Source: Mizuhopecten yessoensis
Taxonomy: Eukaryota
NCBI RefSeq assembly: GCF_002113885.1
Contig: NW_018408382.1
Coordinates: 189,693-253,692 of the forward strand
Direction of reading: 5' to 3'
DNA: 64,000 nucleotides
Numbering within the stretch: position 1 is the stretch's first letter; every line of letters begins with the position of its first letter. This document shows, piece after piece, positions 51,070 to 64,000 of this stretch. Below the pieces are notes generated by a model. The model worked only from the letters and a program-made list of their open reading frames with translations. It did not search any database and was not told the DNA's origin. Made by a program: the position numbers and the translations under genes.

Positions 51070-53280
51070 ATTCAGATAATATCCATGTCATTTACAAAGA
51101 TAAAACGGAAATATTTAAATAGTGTATATGTAAATGTACATGTCTTTTTCATATTATGATACCACACAATTAGACTATATCTGTGTTGGTACATTGTATT
51201 GTGTTTTTTTTCTTTTTCATCAACTCTGAACTGCAGCTAAACTAAGTATTATATGAAACAATCTCATATTTGTTATTGATGCTTTCAAATGTTTCTTGTC
51301 ACAAAATATCTTTAGTATAGAATTAAACACAATGGGCTGTTTAAATTTAATAAAAGTAAAATATGTTAATTTAGAAATATCCTGCTTAATTGTATTTGTT
51401 GTGATCTCATAAATAAGTCTGTTTGATATTTTGCAATCTTTTGTATTGTTATGAGCTTGTTATGAGCGTATTACAGTAGGGTTTTGTCATATTTAATATG
51501 AAAATATATAGATTGTATGGTCAGACAGTCAACTAGGTTATAAACATGTTTTGACAATTTACAAATTCAATTTTGAAGAAAAAAAGTTGAGTTTGATTGT
51601 GTGTATTATCGTAAGGTGGTTATTTTGAATTCCAGGTCACTCGTGTTGTTTTCAGTTTTGATATATGTGGAAAAGTTGAAAATTTACTTTCATGTTGAAG
51701 CTTAAGATTGTTAGAAAAGGAGGCCAGATTGGGTAACACATTTTATTCTCGTTTAGTTGAAGTGGTGTTGTAATGCTGCTCCCTGATGATTGGTTTATAT
51801 CAATTTCACCAAGGTTACAGAATGGACACACATGCACTCAGCTTTTTTAAATGTCTTAAGTCTATAGAAAAGACCACTTGTTATTAGAAATAGAAGATCT
51901 GCTGCTTTTGGTAAATTGTCCACACTGGGTAGTTTTCACCAAAATAACTCAAAACAAAACAATCAAAAGATAATTCTAGTCCCCTGGAAACAAATATTTC
52001 ATAGAATTTAATCACTGTACATGTTTTAATCTTTTTTCTCTCTCTCACTCTCTCTCTATTTGGAAGCTCATAACTTTAGCAGATTTGCTAAAATGGACAA
52101 TTTTGTGGTATCTGTTACCTGTGGATTTCAGATCTAGTATCTGTAACGCCTTGCCATGGTAACGATGTTATTTGCTATTAATTTTGTGGAATGTATTTTT
52201 CACAGAGGAAATACTACCATGAAAAAGTTTGAACCAAGCTAGAAACACCACCTTAGCATATTTAAAAGAAAATTATCATTATATATCTCGTAAAAGAAAT
52301 ACTACAACTACAAAGAGTATTAAAGCTTTGATAATCTATTATGAGGCTTTAAAATATGATTTTTTACTACAACGTTTCAAATTTCTGGTATTTATACAGA
52401 GCAGAATTTTGAGAAATGCATTTAGAAATACAGCAACAGAAAAAAAGAACTTGCAACATATGTATTTCTAAATTTCAAAAATCTATAATGTTGGGTAGTA
52501 TTGGGTGTTATTGGTGCATTGTAAAATTGTAATGTTGAGCATATTTTGTTGTAGTTTTTCAGATGGCAACTTGGTATTAAGCAATGTCTATTTAAGATTT
52601 TTGGAGGGTTCTTCGTGTTTTTGAAAATTGTTTTATAGTAAAAATTATTTGGTAGTACCAATGCTTGTTGTCTTATAACTAACATGTGACTTTGTTCAAT
52701 GATGTGCAATTAAATCTCTCTTCAACTCAAATGTTTGGTTCTATTATTTTTAGACAGAGAATTACTGTGGGGTGTGTGTAATGATCATAACAGGTGTCTG
52801 AATCAAGAGAATGCTTTTTGGAGCTACATTGTATTTTGATACCAAAAAGGGGAAAGATGAACTGAGCAAAACAGTTTCAGTCACATTTCACACAATTTCC
52901 CCCTTATTGGAAATGTGGAATGAGGAAGATCTCCCTCATTGGAGGTTTCAGAAGTTGACACCTATGACAGTGTCACAAGTTACTCACAAGTTACTTGATC
53001 ATGTTGATTGATGTTGGGCGAGATGAAAGTCCTAGGGCTATAGTTTGTCTGCAACCACTAGCAAACAAATGATCTTGACACAATTTCAAGGTCACTGAGG
53101 TCAAAGGTGATAAAACTTTTTTAAACAACCTTTCGGAATAATCCGTTGGTCGTGACCAGGTCATTTTGACCAATATCATGCTGGGGCGATGAGTTATCTA
53201 GATCTTGGGTCACGTTTGTCTGTTGTGGGTCATACTTCTGTAAGCAATTTACATTTTTGACCATGTGGTTAGACAAATAT

Positions 53281-53460
53281 TGTTTGGTTTGGTTTGTGCT
53301 ATGTCCTTTTAACAGCTATGGTCATTTAAGAATGTGCCAAGTTTTGGTGGTAGAGGAAAACAAACTTGCTGGTAGTACCTGGCAACTGCCCCATGTAAGC
53401 CTCGAACCCGTGACCCAGTGTTGGAGGGCGAGTGATCGTAGATTGTCCGACACCTTTAAC
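53281..53460 (-). mobile_element. SINE copy related to 5173-5390
   Basis: Shares GTTTGGTTTG...TAACAGCTATGGTCATT.AAG...GTTTTGGTGGT.GAGGAAA and AGTACCTGGC.A.TGCCCCA. Confidence 0.65.
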
Positions 53461-55549
53461 TACATGTATATGGATCCCAACCATGAGGGGTCTAGCCAAA
53501 ATGTGAAATTAGCTAAAATTTTAACAATGTCCTTCACATATTTGCTAGACTCAAATACCAGTACTCTTGATGGATGGAAGGGCTCTATATTACCCTTTGG
53601 GCAACCATTCCCCCTTAGTCCTCGAGACAATGCCTTGGGTCGGACCCAGCATGCTAATAGGATGGTGGGCTACAAATTTTGTTGAAATGGCATAAACTGG
53701 TGACTCCAGGTGAGTAGTACAGAAGATACGCCCTGGACGAAATCTTTGGACAGACAGACGGATTGAGTATAAAACTTTATAGTCCCCCCCCCTCACCTTA
53801 ACTGGTGGGCGACTAACATTGAAAGCTGAATGGATATTACCATGTAATTATGATTCCACGGAGATGTAGGCCTACATCAACTTTCATCATTTGGCATTTA
53901 CCTTGGCAGAAGAGTTCAGAAAACAGTACACAAAACACCTACTGGTGTCACTACGACCGATGCAAATGAAGAATAGAAAGCTGTATACAGAGAACCGAGA
54001 TACATACCAAAGAGACACAGTTTTAGGATTTAACATTTTTTATTCATTTCCTTAAAGAATAAATACATATTGATCTAGTATAATGTGCTAAAATCATTTA
54101 TCTCAGTCTACAAATTACATGTACTGGTAAACAGATGCCACATGCATGCATTATCAAAATGAGGTGCAGAACGATAACAAATGATAAGTTCAGGGGTATC
54201 TATACAGTGAAAAAAATGCTGGTCAACCAAGAATTCTAAACTAATGACCTACCCGCAACAAATTCTTGGCTTCAAATTTCCGTCATGGTTTTCTAATTGG
54301 TTGACTGGAAAGGTTTAAACTTCCACTGCTTTGATCAAAAGTGACTAGATTTGTATTGACAAGGGCCAAATTTGTTTAGTACATCTGGAAGATTAAGGTG
54401 AGAATTAAGTTTAGGAATGTGTGTTTAAACAAGACATACATGAACATATGATGTGCAATGTTGTTGTTTTTTTGTTCAATTAAAAGCTACAGTACATGTG
54501 CTGATCATGAAATGTAGTACTCCATAATGATGCATTCCTGAAGAATGAACATGAAATCTTTAACGAAGTAGATTATCTAGGAGCTTTAAGGTTTAAAAAA
54601 AAAAAAAAATCTCGATGAATTTCTAGTATTTTTATTACCAGGAGGTCTCATTGAATTGTTTTTCCTTTTAGAATCCTGAATTGGAGTGCAAGAATTTGGG
54701 TGGTATGTTACAAATTAATGAGGCTATTTTTAGAACTGCTGGATACTTTTAAGTAAGTATATCCTGAGGATACCCGATGGTTCACAGGTACAACTTTACA
54801 TAACAACAGTATCCAATTACATGTACCAAACAATTCAGAAATAATTTTCACAAATGAATTCAACAATCATAATCCCTTGGTTTATAAACTTTACAAACAA
54901 GATTACAATCCGATGTCTATATCCTTAGTCCAACCTAGTCAAAAATTTTAAGAATGGTTTTCCATGTGATCTGCACCAGCTATATATTTTCAGTAACAAT
55001 ATTTTTCAGTGCGTGTACAATTTAAGTTAATTCACTTAATCAAACTTGCAACTTGCTATATTTTCTAAAAGATTTCTTTTTTAATTACTTATTGTATGTT
55101 TGCTACAGGTCGACATGAAAACAACCCAGTGAATTTACTATCCAGCACAGTAATAATTTCCAAAGCATATATTCCATCTTAAAATACAAATGACACTGAC
55201 AAATATTTTGCCTTATATGCAACACGTCATAATATATACTTCACATTGTTTTATACTGAGTATACAATGGAACATTGTCCGGACAATAAGTTTCAGATGA
55301 AAGTCTGGCATAACAATTTTTTGGGGAATAATGAAACATGAATTGTCAACAAAATGTGATCACTTACCAGTATCCTGGTAGCAAGTAGCAAGTAGCTATT
55401 AAAGCGTGCAAGACAATTCAAGATTCCATCATATACAGGTTTCTTGGTCACACAAATAGACCTAATAATTAACATGTAGGTCTGACCTTAGTATTACTGG
55501 TTTGAAATTGGTACAATGCTTCGACCATTTTTAAGACAAATTTGATGCA

Positions 55550-55872
55550 AGTAACACATATTTGACCTTGGTAGCTCAGATTTGACCTTGGTAACACATG
55601 TTTGACCTTGTTAATACATGTTTAACCTTGGCAACACTGTTTTGACCTTGATAGCTCATATCTGACCTTGGTAACATTTTTGACTTTTGCAACAGGTTTG
55701 ACCTCGGTAATACATGTTTGACCTTGGTATCACTGTTTTCACTTTTGTAGCTCATATTTTACCTTGGTAACATGTGTTTGATCTTGGCAACACTGTGTTG
55801 ACCTTGGTAACACATGTTTAACCTTGATAACGCTGTGTTGACCTTGTTAGCTCATTTGTTTGACCTTGATAA
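55550..55872. repeat. Diverged 20-bp minisatellite (TTTGACCTTGGTAACACATG), about 15 copies
   Basis: Direct inspection. Confidence 0.85.
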
Positions 55873-58800
55873 CTACTAAGTCTATTACATAACTATAACC
55901 CCAGGACACATTAACAAATTAAGCAAAAAACAAATCACAAATGATATATATCAACATAGGTTAATTATCAATACATATAATGGGTAAGTAGCATTAAAAT
56001 AAATCAACAGGAAAAATCAATACATTCAAATGTCAATGCTATTTTCCCACATTTAAGAACTTGTGTATAACATCTTTTGAACAGAATTAACAGGTTTTGG
56101 TACATTTTTTCTGTGATGGTTTCGAGAATTGAAAAATGAAAGAAAACTTGAAAAAAATCTTACAATACATGACATTCCTTCATGGAAATAGGTTTTTGTA
56201 TCTGTGAAATGTAAAATTTCATTAGAAGATTGCTTTAATTGTGCACTTTTAAAATGACTTAAGAATCAGTGCATGCTTAAATCTTTGTGAAATCCATCAG
56301 AACAAGCTCAACAGTCAATGTAAAATGCTGTGTTTTCAACAATGATAATGACTTCAAGAAGATTGATAATGTTTGTTTTCTTCATTTTAGTACTGTGTTC
56401 ATACATTTAAATAATGAAAATGACATGACTGACAATAGTTTAATATCCTACTAGAACAAAAATCACCACATGGGGAAAAAACTTCTATAAATTTGATGGT
56501 CAGATGTTACTCTTTGATATGTAGACCCTAATATCAGTACTCAATGCCTTACATAGCCGAGTATTGGAGATTCAAATGTAAATTCATTGTCTTCAACAAA
56601 TTTACAAAGTATGAAAGTTATACGCCATACAGAATGTTGCAGAAAGTGTTTTTTTAGTTTTTTTTATTAAAACCAGTGAATATGAAATGAAAGTGATATA
56701 GGACAATAATTTAATCCTAAACACCTAAACAAGTTGAATATTCTTTTCAATATCTTTGAAAACCATTTTATCAAATGAAAACAATTAGAAATATCTTACT
56801 GATATCAGAAAACAGTACGGAAAACCTGGCATACATGTATACAATCAAACGTAACTATTGTCTGACAGAAAGGATAGTGCGACTGAATTCTTTAAAGTAA
56901 AACATAACAGGGAAATGTAGCAAAACAAAGATAAAATGCATTGTACTATTAAAAGCTGAAAAATCACTTCGGCATCCATAACCAGGTTCTCACACACGAC
57001 ATGCAATCCTTTACACCCCTATCGCTCATACACGCACCACACATCAGGCACAAATCACGCGAACAGACACAAGTTTATCATTCAAATATATATATATGTT
57101 AGAAAATTCAAGATGCAATAAATTCTCATCAAAATCTCTTTCTATGCCAAATATCATTTTCATTTACCCAAAATTCATCTGAAACAGGTAGTTCTGTCTG
57201 ACTTTTCTTATCTCATCTAACACATGCCTCCAGACAAACAATTTTTGATCTTTAAAAGAAATGTAATTCATTTTATCACAAAGAATGATTTTATCTTATT
57301 TTTTGCTATTAATTAACTTAAACTAATTCCTCCTACTTTTTCTAAAGGAATGTAATAGAAGTAATTTCCAAAATTTAAAAAGTCAATTCAAATCTTGACA
57401 GAATAAATTTGCATATAATTTCTTTTAGTGATGTTTCATTAAGATAATTGAATTTGTAATTCCTCCGTTATTTTATTACTAATTAAGAAATTCGAAGTTT
57501 GATTTCCCTAATCATTTTATTTTAAAATGTAAAAACAAAATTGCACGTAACAAATACTAATATCTTTTGTGTTGTTTAAAGATATTAACGCCTAAAACAG
57601 TGATCACAATCAATTGGATAAATCAATATATTTTTCAACTATTAAAATCACATTAAAATTGATATTTCTTGCATATCAAAAACATTGTGTAGAGTCTTGT
57701 ATCTACATTACATCAAAACACATTTGCAGGCATATTGCATTTTGGATTTTCCTAAACAACATGATTAATAATCAATGATACACTACATGAACTCCGTTGG
57801 GAGAAGACCAGGGGATGGCTAACGTTGGTTTTAATTCCACACAAAGGGTCAACTTTCATGAATCCTCTATATCAACACAATATTATACATAACCCAACGA
57901 CACTTGCAGCAATGTTTCAACATTAACGAGGTATCTTTAGTCAGTGCTACAGGTACCTGTAATCTTAACAGGGCATTTGTTTAGAATAAACCAATCTTTC
58001 TTCAAATTTTTACCTTTTCTCTCTTCAAAGCATAAAAACAAAATGTGATGCTTATCTTTTCTTAATTTACTCTGTCTTTAAACAAATTTAACACTTGTGA
58101 AAGGAGTTTCTATGATAATATTTGAGTACAAAGATCAATAAACTATTCACTGTTCCTTTTTTTTTCTCCGTGTCTTTAACATAATCACTACATACAATGA
58201 AAAATCAAGCAAGAACTTGCATGTTGTGCCAACTCTGGTTTTAATATTATATTGACTTTTCAAGAATATTTCTGTTTCTTTTAATGGGACATAACTTTTA
58301 TAATTACTATAAAAGATACAACTGGTCTTAAAATGCATGTCCCCGGTAACTGAATAGCTGCACAAAATATTTTCATAAACATTGTCCCATTTCTACTTTT
58401 CAGCTATGTCAATGTATTATTTAAAATAAAATTACTTGACATTTTCGTTTTATTTAGAAGTTGGGCCATATTTGTTCCAAATATAGTTATTGCTATGTAT
58501 AACTTCATAATGATTTCGAAAACATTTGAAACAGTTTTTTTCCCAAAAAGCTTTCTGAAGGCTTCATTTGTAAGAAAGAAAGTCTGAAAGACAAAATGGG
58601 TAGAAAAACAGATTTGTAGCACTGTGAAATGACTGAAAGACCAGACAAAGAATCAATCTGTTTGAAAGTCAAATTAAGGTAACAATAAAATACATGTCGC
58701 CTTGTTAGCTGTTCCTTAAAAAGACAAGATATAACATTTCAACAATTCCAAACATCTATCATCTATTGTGATTAAAATTATTTTTTTAAATAAATGTGTC

Positions 58801-59775
58801 TTTCAAATAAAATTCTGAAGTGCATATTAAGCATATGCAACGAATGTCATAAATTTCTCGTAAGAGTATTGAACTTTGAAATGTACTCGAGAATGAAATA
58901 TTTTAAATTTCTTTTTTGTAAAATAATTAATTTGAATCCAAGTCCATAGGCATGCATCAGCATACCATACAATTAAGCTATGAACATATACAATACAAAC
59001 TCAACACAAGCTTAAGTTGTATCAATCTAACATCTCCTCTGGAGTAAAACCCTTAATACAGCAAGTATGGTTTCTTATACAAAACACCTGTTTCCACTCA
59101 GTACCCTATGAAGATTATTATATTTATGGACTTTTCTTCACCAACTAAAACCATTTCATGCAAATAAACCACAGATAGATCTGACTAGACAAGGAAAGTC
59201 TACCATTTTGTCAATACAATCAACAACAGGTACCCTGAGCTTTCACTGGAAAATAAAACTATTTCAATGGAACACATTTTGTATCAGATTTGACCTCTAA
59301 AAATACCTACTGAAATAACAGAGAATTTTGATCAGATCGAAATTGCCTTCGTGGATGTTGATTTGATAAAAAAATATCCCTGAGTTTATATTGTGATCGA
59401 CAGAGGATAAAGGAAAGCATTATCTCTCTTCAGCATTTAGCAGTCATAAAAAGGTTTACATTGTCTTTTCATTTGAACTAGCTTCTTGCAAAACAATCTT
59501 CATCTGAAGGCAATATGGTATGAAAAGTGAAACTAATCAATCTGATAGATCTCATGTGGCTTAAAAGAACGAAATGGCTCAACTTAATACAGAAATTTTG
59601 ACAGAGACAAATCCTGAACTCTGAAAATAAACATGAAGTCATATAACAACAGACTGGTCCAGATCTCAGACGTCCCTGTAGCAACAGACAAGTGTCGCAC
59701 AGTCACTGATCCCCATGGTCGGTGAGAGGATGATGTACTTGTATGTACAGATGAGAATGTCTAGTGTACGATGTG

Positions 59776-62700
59776 TTATAGCTCCATGTCCTGTGCCTCA
59801 TCCTCGGAGAAGTCACTCATGGAGCTCTCACTAGACGATGACTGATGCTCTTGTTCTCGAAGGGCCTCTTCTGTTGCATACTTTCTAACATACTCTGTCA
59901 ACATAAAAAACAGCACCATTTTGTTTAGTTACACACTTCCTAACATACTCTGTCAACATAAGAAACAGCCCCATTTTGTTTAGTTACACACTTCCTAACA
60001 TCCTCTGTCAACATAAGAAACAGCACCATTTTGTATAGTTACATACTTTCTAACATACTCTGTCAACATAAGAAACAGCACCATTATGGTTAGTTACATA
60101 CTTCCTAACATACTGTATCAACATAAGAAACAGCACCATTTTGGTTAGTTACATACTTCCTAACAAACTGTATCAACATAAGAAACAGCACCATTTTGTT
60201 TAGTTAAACACTTCGTAACATACTCTGTCAACATAAGAAACAGCACCATTTGGTTAGTTACATACTTCCTAATTAACATACTCTGTCAACATAAGAAACA
60301 GCACCATTATGGGTAGTTACATACTTCCTAACATACTGTATCAACATAAGAAACAGCACCATTTTGGTTAGTTACATACTTTCTAACATACTCTGTCAAC
60401 ATAAGAAACAGCACCATTATGGTTAGTTACATACTTCCTAACATACTGTATCAACATAAGAAACAGCACCATTTTGGTTAGTTACATACTTCCTAACATA
60501 CTCGGTCAACATAAGAAACAGCACCATTTTGGTTAGTTACATACTTCCTAACAAACTGTATCAACATAAGAAACAGCACCATTTTGTTTAGTTACATAAT
60601 TCCTAACATACTCTGTCAACATAAGAAACAGCACCATTATGGGTAGTTACATACTTCCTAACATACTGTATCAACATAAGAAACAGCACCATTTTGGTTA
60701 GTTACATACTTTCTAACATACTCTGTCAACATAAAAAACAGCACCATTTCATTTAGTTACATACTTCCTAACATACTCTGTCAACATAAAAAACAGCACC
60801 ATTTTGTTTAGTTACACACTTCCTAACATACTCTGTCAACATAAGAAACAGCCCCATTTTGTTTAGTTACACACTTCCTAACATCCTCTGTCAACATAAG
60901 AAACAGCACCATTTTGTATAGTTACATACTTCCTAACACACTCTGTCAACATAAAAAACAGCACCATTTTGTTTAGTTACACACTTCCTAACATACTCTG
61001 TCAACATAAGAAACAGCACCATTTTGGTTAGTTACATACTTCCTAACATACTCTGTCAACATAAGAAACAGCACCATTTGGTTAGTTACATACTTCCTAA
61101 TTAACATACTCTGTCAACATAAGAAACAGCACCATTTTGTTTAGTTACATACTTCCTAACATCCTCTGTCAACATAAGAAACAGCACCATTTTGGTTAGT
61201 TACATACTTCCTAACATACTCTGTCAACATAAGAAACAGCACCATTATGGTTAGTTACATACTTCCTAACATACTGTATCAACATAAGAAACAGCACCAT
61301 TTTGGTTAGTTACATACTTCCTAACATACTCGGTCAACATAAGAAACAGCACCATTTTGGTTAGTTGCATTTTTTCTAACATACTGTATCAATATACCAA
61401 ATGGCCCTATTTTAATAAAGTAATATATTACATCATAGAGGTGCACATTTTATAATGTAGTAATTTCAATTATTTTTGTTTTAAAATTGAAATTAATTAC
61501 CTGAAATGACAATCTTTATACTAGAGGACATACCTGAATAAATATATGGGGAACAGGTAGACATTTTTTATGACATCTGCCTTCCACATATTTATTCTGG
61601 CTGGGTCCCACTTTATAACCTTATAAATGTTAACCCCCCCCCCCCAATGATGTACATTGTAAATTTGTACACTTATTTTTTTGGTATTATCAAAATTATT
61701 CTATCTGGAATAGCCATTAGCATATATATATAATGATGATGCCACATTAATGCAACGTTGGTTTCAAGAAGCTGAGTTTGTTTAGGGCCTTTCTTTTATT
61801 AGATAAACATGAAAAATACAACTTTTTTCTTCTTCCAACAAAGGTGTTTCTTGTTTCTATACCAAGAGTTGAACAGTGGCAATTTACTCTCATTTGTGAT
61901 TTGAACATATTTTACGAAATAAGTGTAATCCCTATTGGAACTTAAATTTTCATCATCATTCTTCTATCTCTTTTCATACAAAGTCTCATAAGTCTGTTCA
62001 ATATTTCATAACATCAGTATTTCTATACTAATCCATATGATATTTTTTCTTTTATCTCCAAACCATGACTTGAGATATTTTGGCTGTTAGCTGACATCCA
62101 GATATTTGTATCAAATATAAACATTTACCTTGTACTTTCTTTTTGTAGTCCTCTGGCTTGTGCAGGTACATGGCAGCTGCGTCTCCATTTAAAGGATCTA
62201 TTGGGTTAGGGTAGGTCAGGAGCTGGGGCAAGAAAGACTCAAAGATGTTGGACAGGTCTGCAACACATTAGGCTTACGTGTTAACACATTTATATCCCAA
62301 ATCAAATCATGTATATTTTAATGTAAACTAATTTGTTTTTACATACATAGTGCTTTTGGTGTATAAAGTCTTAATAAATCTGTTAAATCTATTATAATAT
62401 ATAAGTAAAAGTTGTTGTTTTCCAACGAAATGTAACATGAAACAACAGATATTATTTACTTGGCCCGAGAGTGACTGTTAAGACAAAACAAACAAATATT
62501 GCTCTTTTCCATACATTCTTACCTAAATCTTCGCTATATATATTCATATCAAATAGAATTCTAAAACTTTGAATATTGATATGTTTTCAATCTTGAACAC
62601 CTACATATCGAAAAATTAACTGGTAATTAATATATATTGCAAAAGAAATCAAACTTCATGAAAATAATACAATGTACCTTCGTCTTTATTTTAAACAATA

Positions 62701-63516
62701 GATATTCCGCATTAAATACTTGCCATACAGAGCTGTCCATGCTTGGTTGATGACGTCTAAACACACTGTACCCGACCTGTAAGAAAAACACTCGAAATAA
62801 TACGTGAACATTTACAATAAAGTCATCAGGGATACAGATGCTAAGTTGCACAACACAATTTTCAACTTTTTGGGGCATTGTGTTGTATCTGAAATTAAAT
62901 AAACTGTAAAATCTCTACAAGCATATGGAAATGTTCTTATACATACATTTTGTGACAATAAAGTTTACATATCCTCAGTGTGATTACCACATTAGTGGTG
63001 TTTCACAAAATTCTGATAAAAAAATATTTTCTGACTGATAATCTTATTTCAGTCTATCCTTCCTGCTAATTTTATTAATTTTATTAGCAGGGATATACCT
63101 GGGTAAAAAGAAAAGTATGGACTTACACTTCATCTATGTTAGGATGGAAGATCCTATTCATGAAACCTAGAAATGGAAATAAAGGCATCATTCACATGAA
63201 ACCATTCACTCAGGTTTTACATTTTTACTATTTTAACTTGTTTAATTTCAAGAACACATTCACCAATTACAGTACTGTGAAAACATGATCATCTTATTTA
63301 ATCTTTCTTTTACTTGTTGGATAGCAACTCATCACCAGGATTGATTTATATATGAAATTGGAACCATTGACGTCATAACCAGTGATTGGTTAGGATGTTA
63401 ACACAACTGTTATGCAGATAAATTTCTAAACAGAAGCAAACCTATGGAAGGTGACTTGAAAGGGTACTTCTCGGGTAAATCCACCCTAACTTTCCACACA
63501 CCTCCTTCATATGGAG
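59776..63516 (-). CDS. UBE2H: Ubiquitin-conjugating enzyme E2 H, last five coding exons (5' part lies beyond the window)
   Basis: Exons (minus) 63516-63442 ([25 protein letters not shown]), 63166-63127 ([13 protein letters not shown]), 62776-62724 ([17 protein letters not shown], catalytic Cys), 62257-62129 ([33 protein letters not shown]...), 59894-59776 ([12 protein letters not shown]...[19 protein letters not shown]). The acidic tail is diagnostic of UBE2H. Confidence 0.96.
59878..61395 (-). repeat. 55-bp minisatellite (about 27 copies) made of the UBE2H last-intron 3' end plus the start of the terminal exon
   Basis: Plus-strand unit CTAACATACTCTGTCAACATAAGAAACAGCACCATTTTGTTTAGTTACATACTTC. 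The first unit overlaps the real acceptor at 59895. Confidence 0.95.
62258..62723 (-). other. Non-canonical GC-AG intron in UBE2H
   Basis: Exon ends ...CTG TAT G|GCAAGT. The conserved ALY-DL junction requires this donor. Confidence 0.85.
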
Positions 63517-63596
63517 CTGAAATAATAAGTCAATATTCATCATTAACAAACAAGGCATTGCAGGCTATACGGATGCCCTTGTGAAATGCAAACTGG

Positions 63597-64000
63597 AACA
63601 AGAGATAATTTTGTGAACATGTTTTTGAAGTTTCATGCAACCAGATAAGAAATGAAGTCTGTAGAACAGTTTCTATCAAATTCTACTCATAGTAAAATAA
63701 CAATGACCTAGTTTGTGACTGCAGGAGGTTGAAATGTCAATTCAAATATGGGATGATGTTTATGAACATGTGTGTGACGCTTCATGACAAATCGAAAAAC
63801 AAATGAAGTCTGTAGTGCAATTTCTATCAAGCTCTATATTTACAGTAACAGTGACCTAGTTTTTGACCACAGAAGGTCAAAACACAATCTGGTACAAGAG
63901 GTGATGTTTGTGAACCCGTGTGAAGATTCGTGGCAATTGGAAAAGAAATAGTCTGTAGAGCAGTTTCATCCAAAATTTCTATGTATCTATCTATAGCTTA
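63597..64000. mobile_element. Probable HINE-like element with diverged internal repeats, truncated by the window end
   Basis: Begins AACAAGAG; recurring GTGAACATG..TGAAG.TTCATG.CAA...AAATGAAGTCTGTAG...TTTCTATCAA and TGACCTAGTTT. Confidence 0.45.

Noticed and set aside
53257-53685. 142-aa ORF downstream of ZC3HC1
   Set aside because: It runs through a SINE and other repeat-derived sequence; no recognisable domain.
59878-61395. CRISPR-like appearance of regular arrays (also 15383-16143, 12900-13450, 37845-38175)
   Set aside because: The units are head-to-tail with no unique spacers, there are no cas genes, and the context is eukaryotic and intron-rich.

Overview
AT-rich eukaryotic (animal) genomic DNA, most likely from a bivalve mollusc. 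This is inferred from Helentron-type non-autonomous elements carrying satellite-like arrays, tRNA-derived SINEs and a RING-less B-box/NHL gene. Hand-splicing gives five ubiquitin-system genes. UBL4A (+, 4 exons, 170 aa) has a decayed CR1-type LINE and a nested MITE in intron 1. KLHDC10 (-, 10 exons, 386 aa) and ZC3HC1/NIPA (+, 9 exons, 424 aa) lie head-to-head with only 163 bp between their start codons. An intronless 569-aa B-box/coiled-coil/NHL (TRIM-like) gene is nested antisense in ZC3HC1 intron 4. The last five exons of UBE2H (-) close the window. Highlights: (1) a KLHDC10-ZC3HC1-UBE2H block that, from recall, is also adjacent in human 7q32; (2) two minisatellites built from live splice junctions, one with about 27 copies of the UBE2H terminal-exon acceptor and one with 7 copies of the ZC3HC1 exon-4 donor; (3) a U12-type intron in ZC3HC1 and a GC-AG intron in UBE2H; (4) a 54-bp minisatellite with an uninterrupted reading frame; (5) several MITEs and hairpins. 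No prokaryotic systems or CRISPR arrays are present. All identities come from recognising translated motifs by eye; no database search was run.
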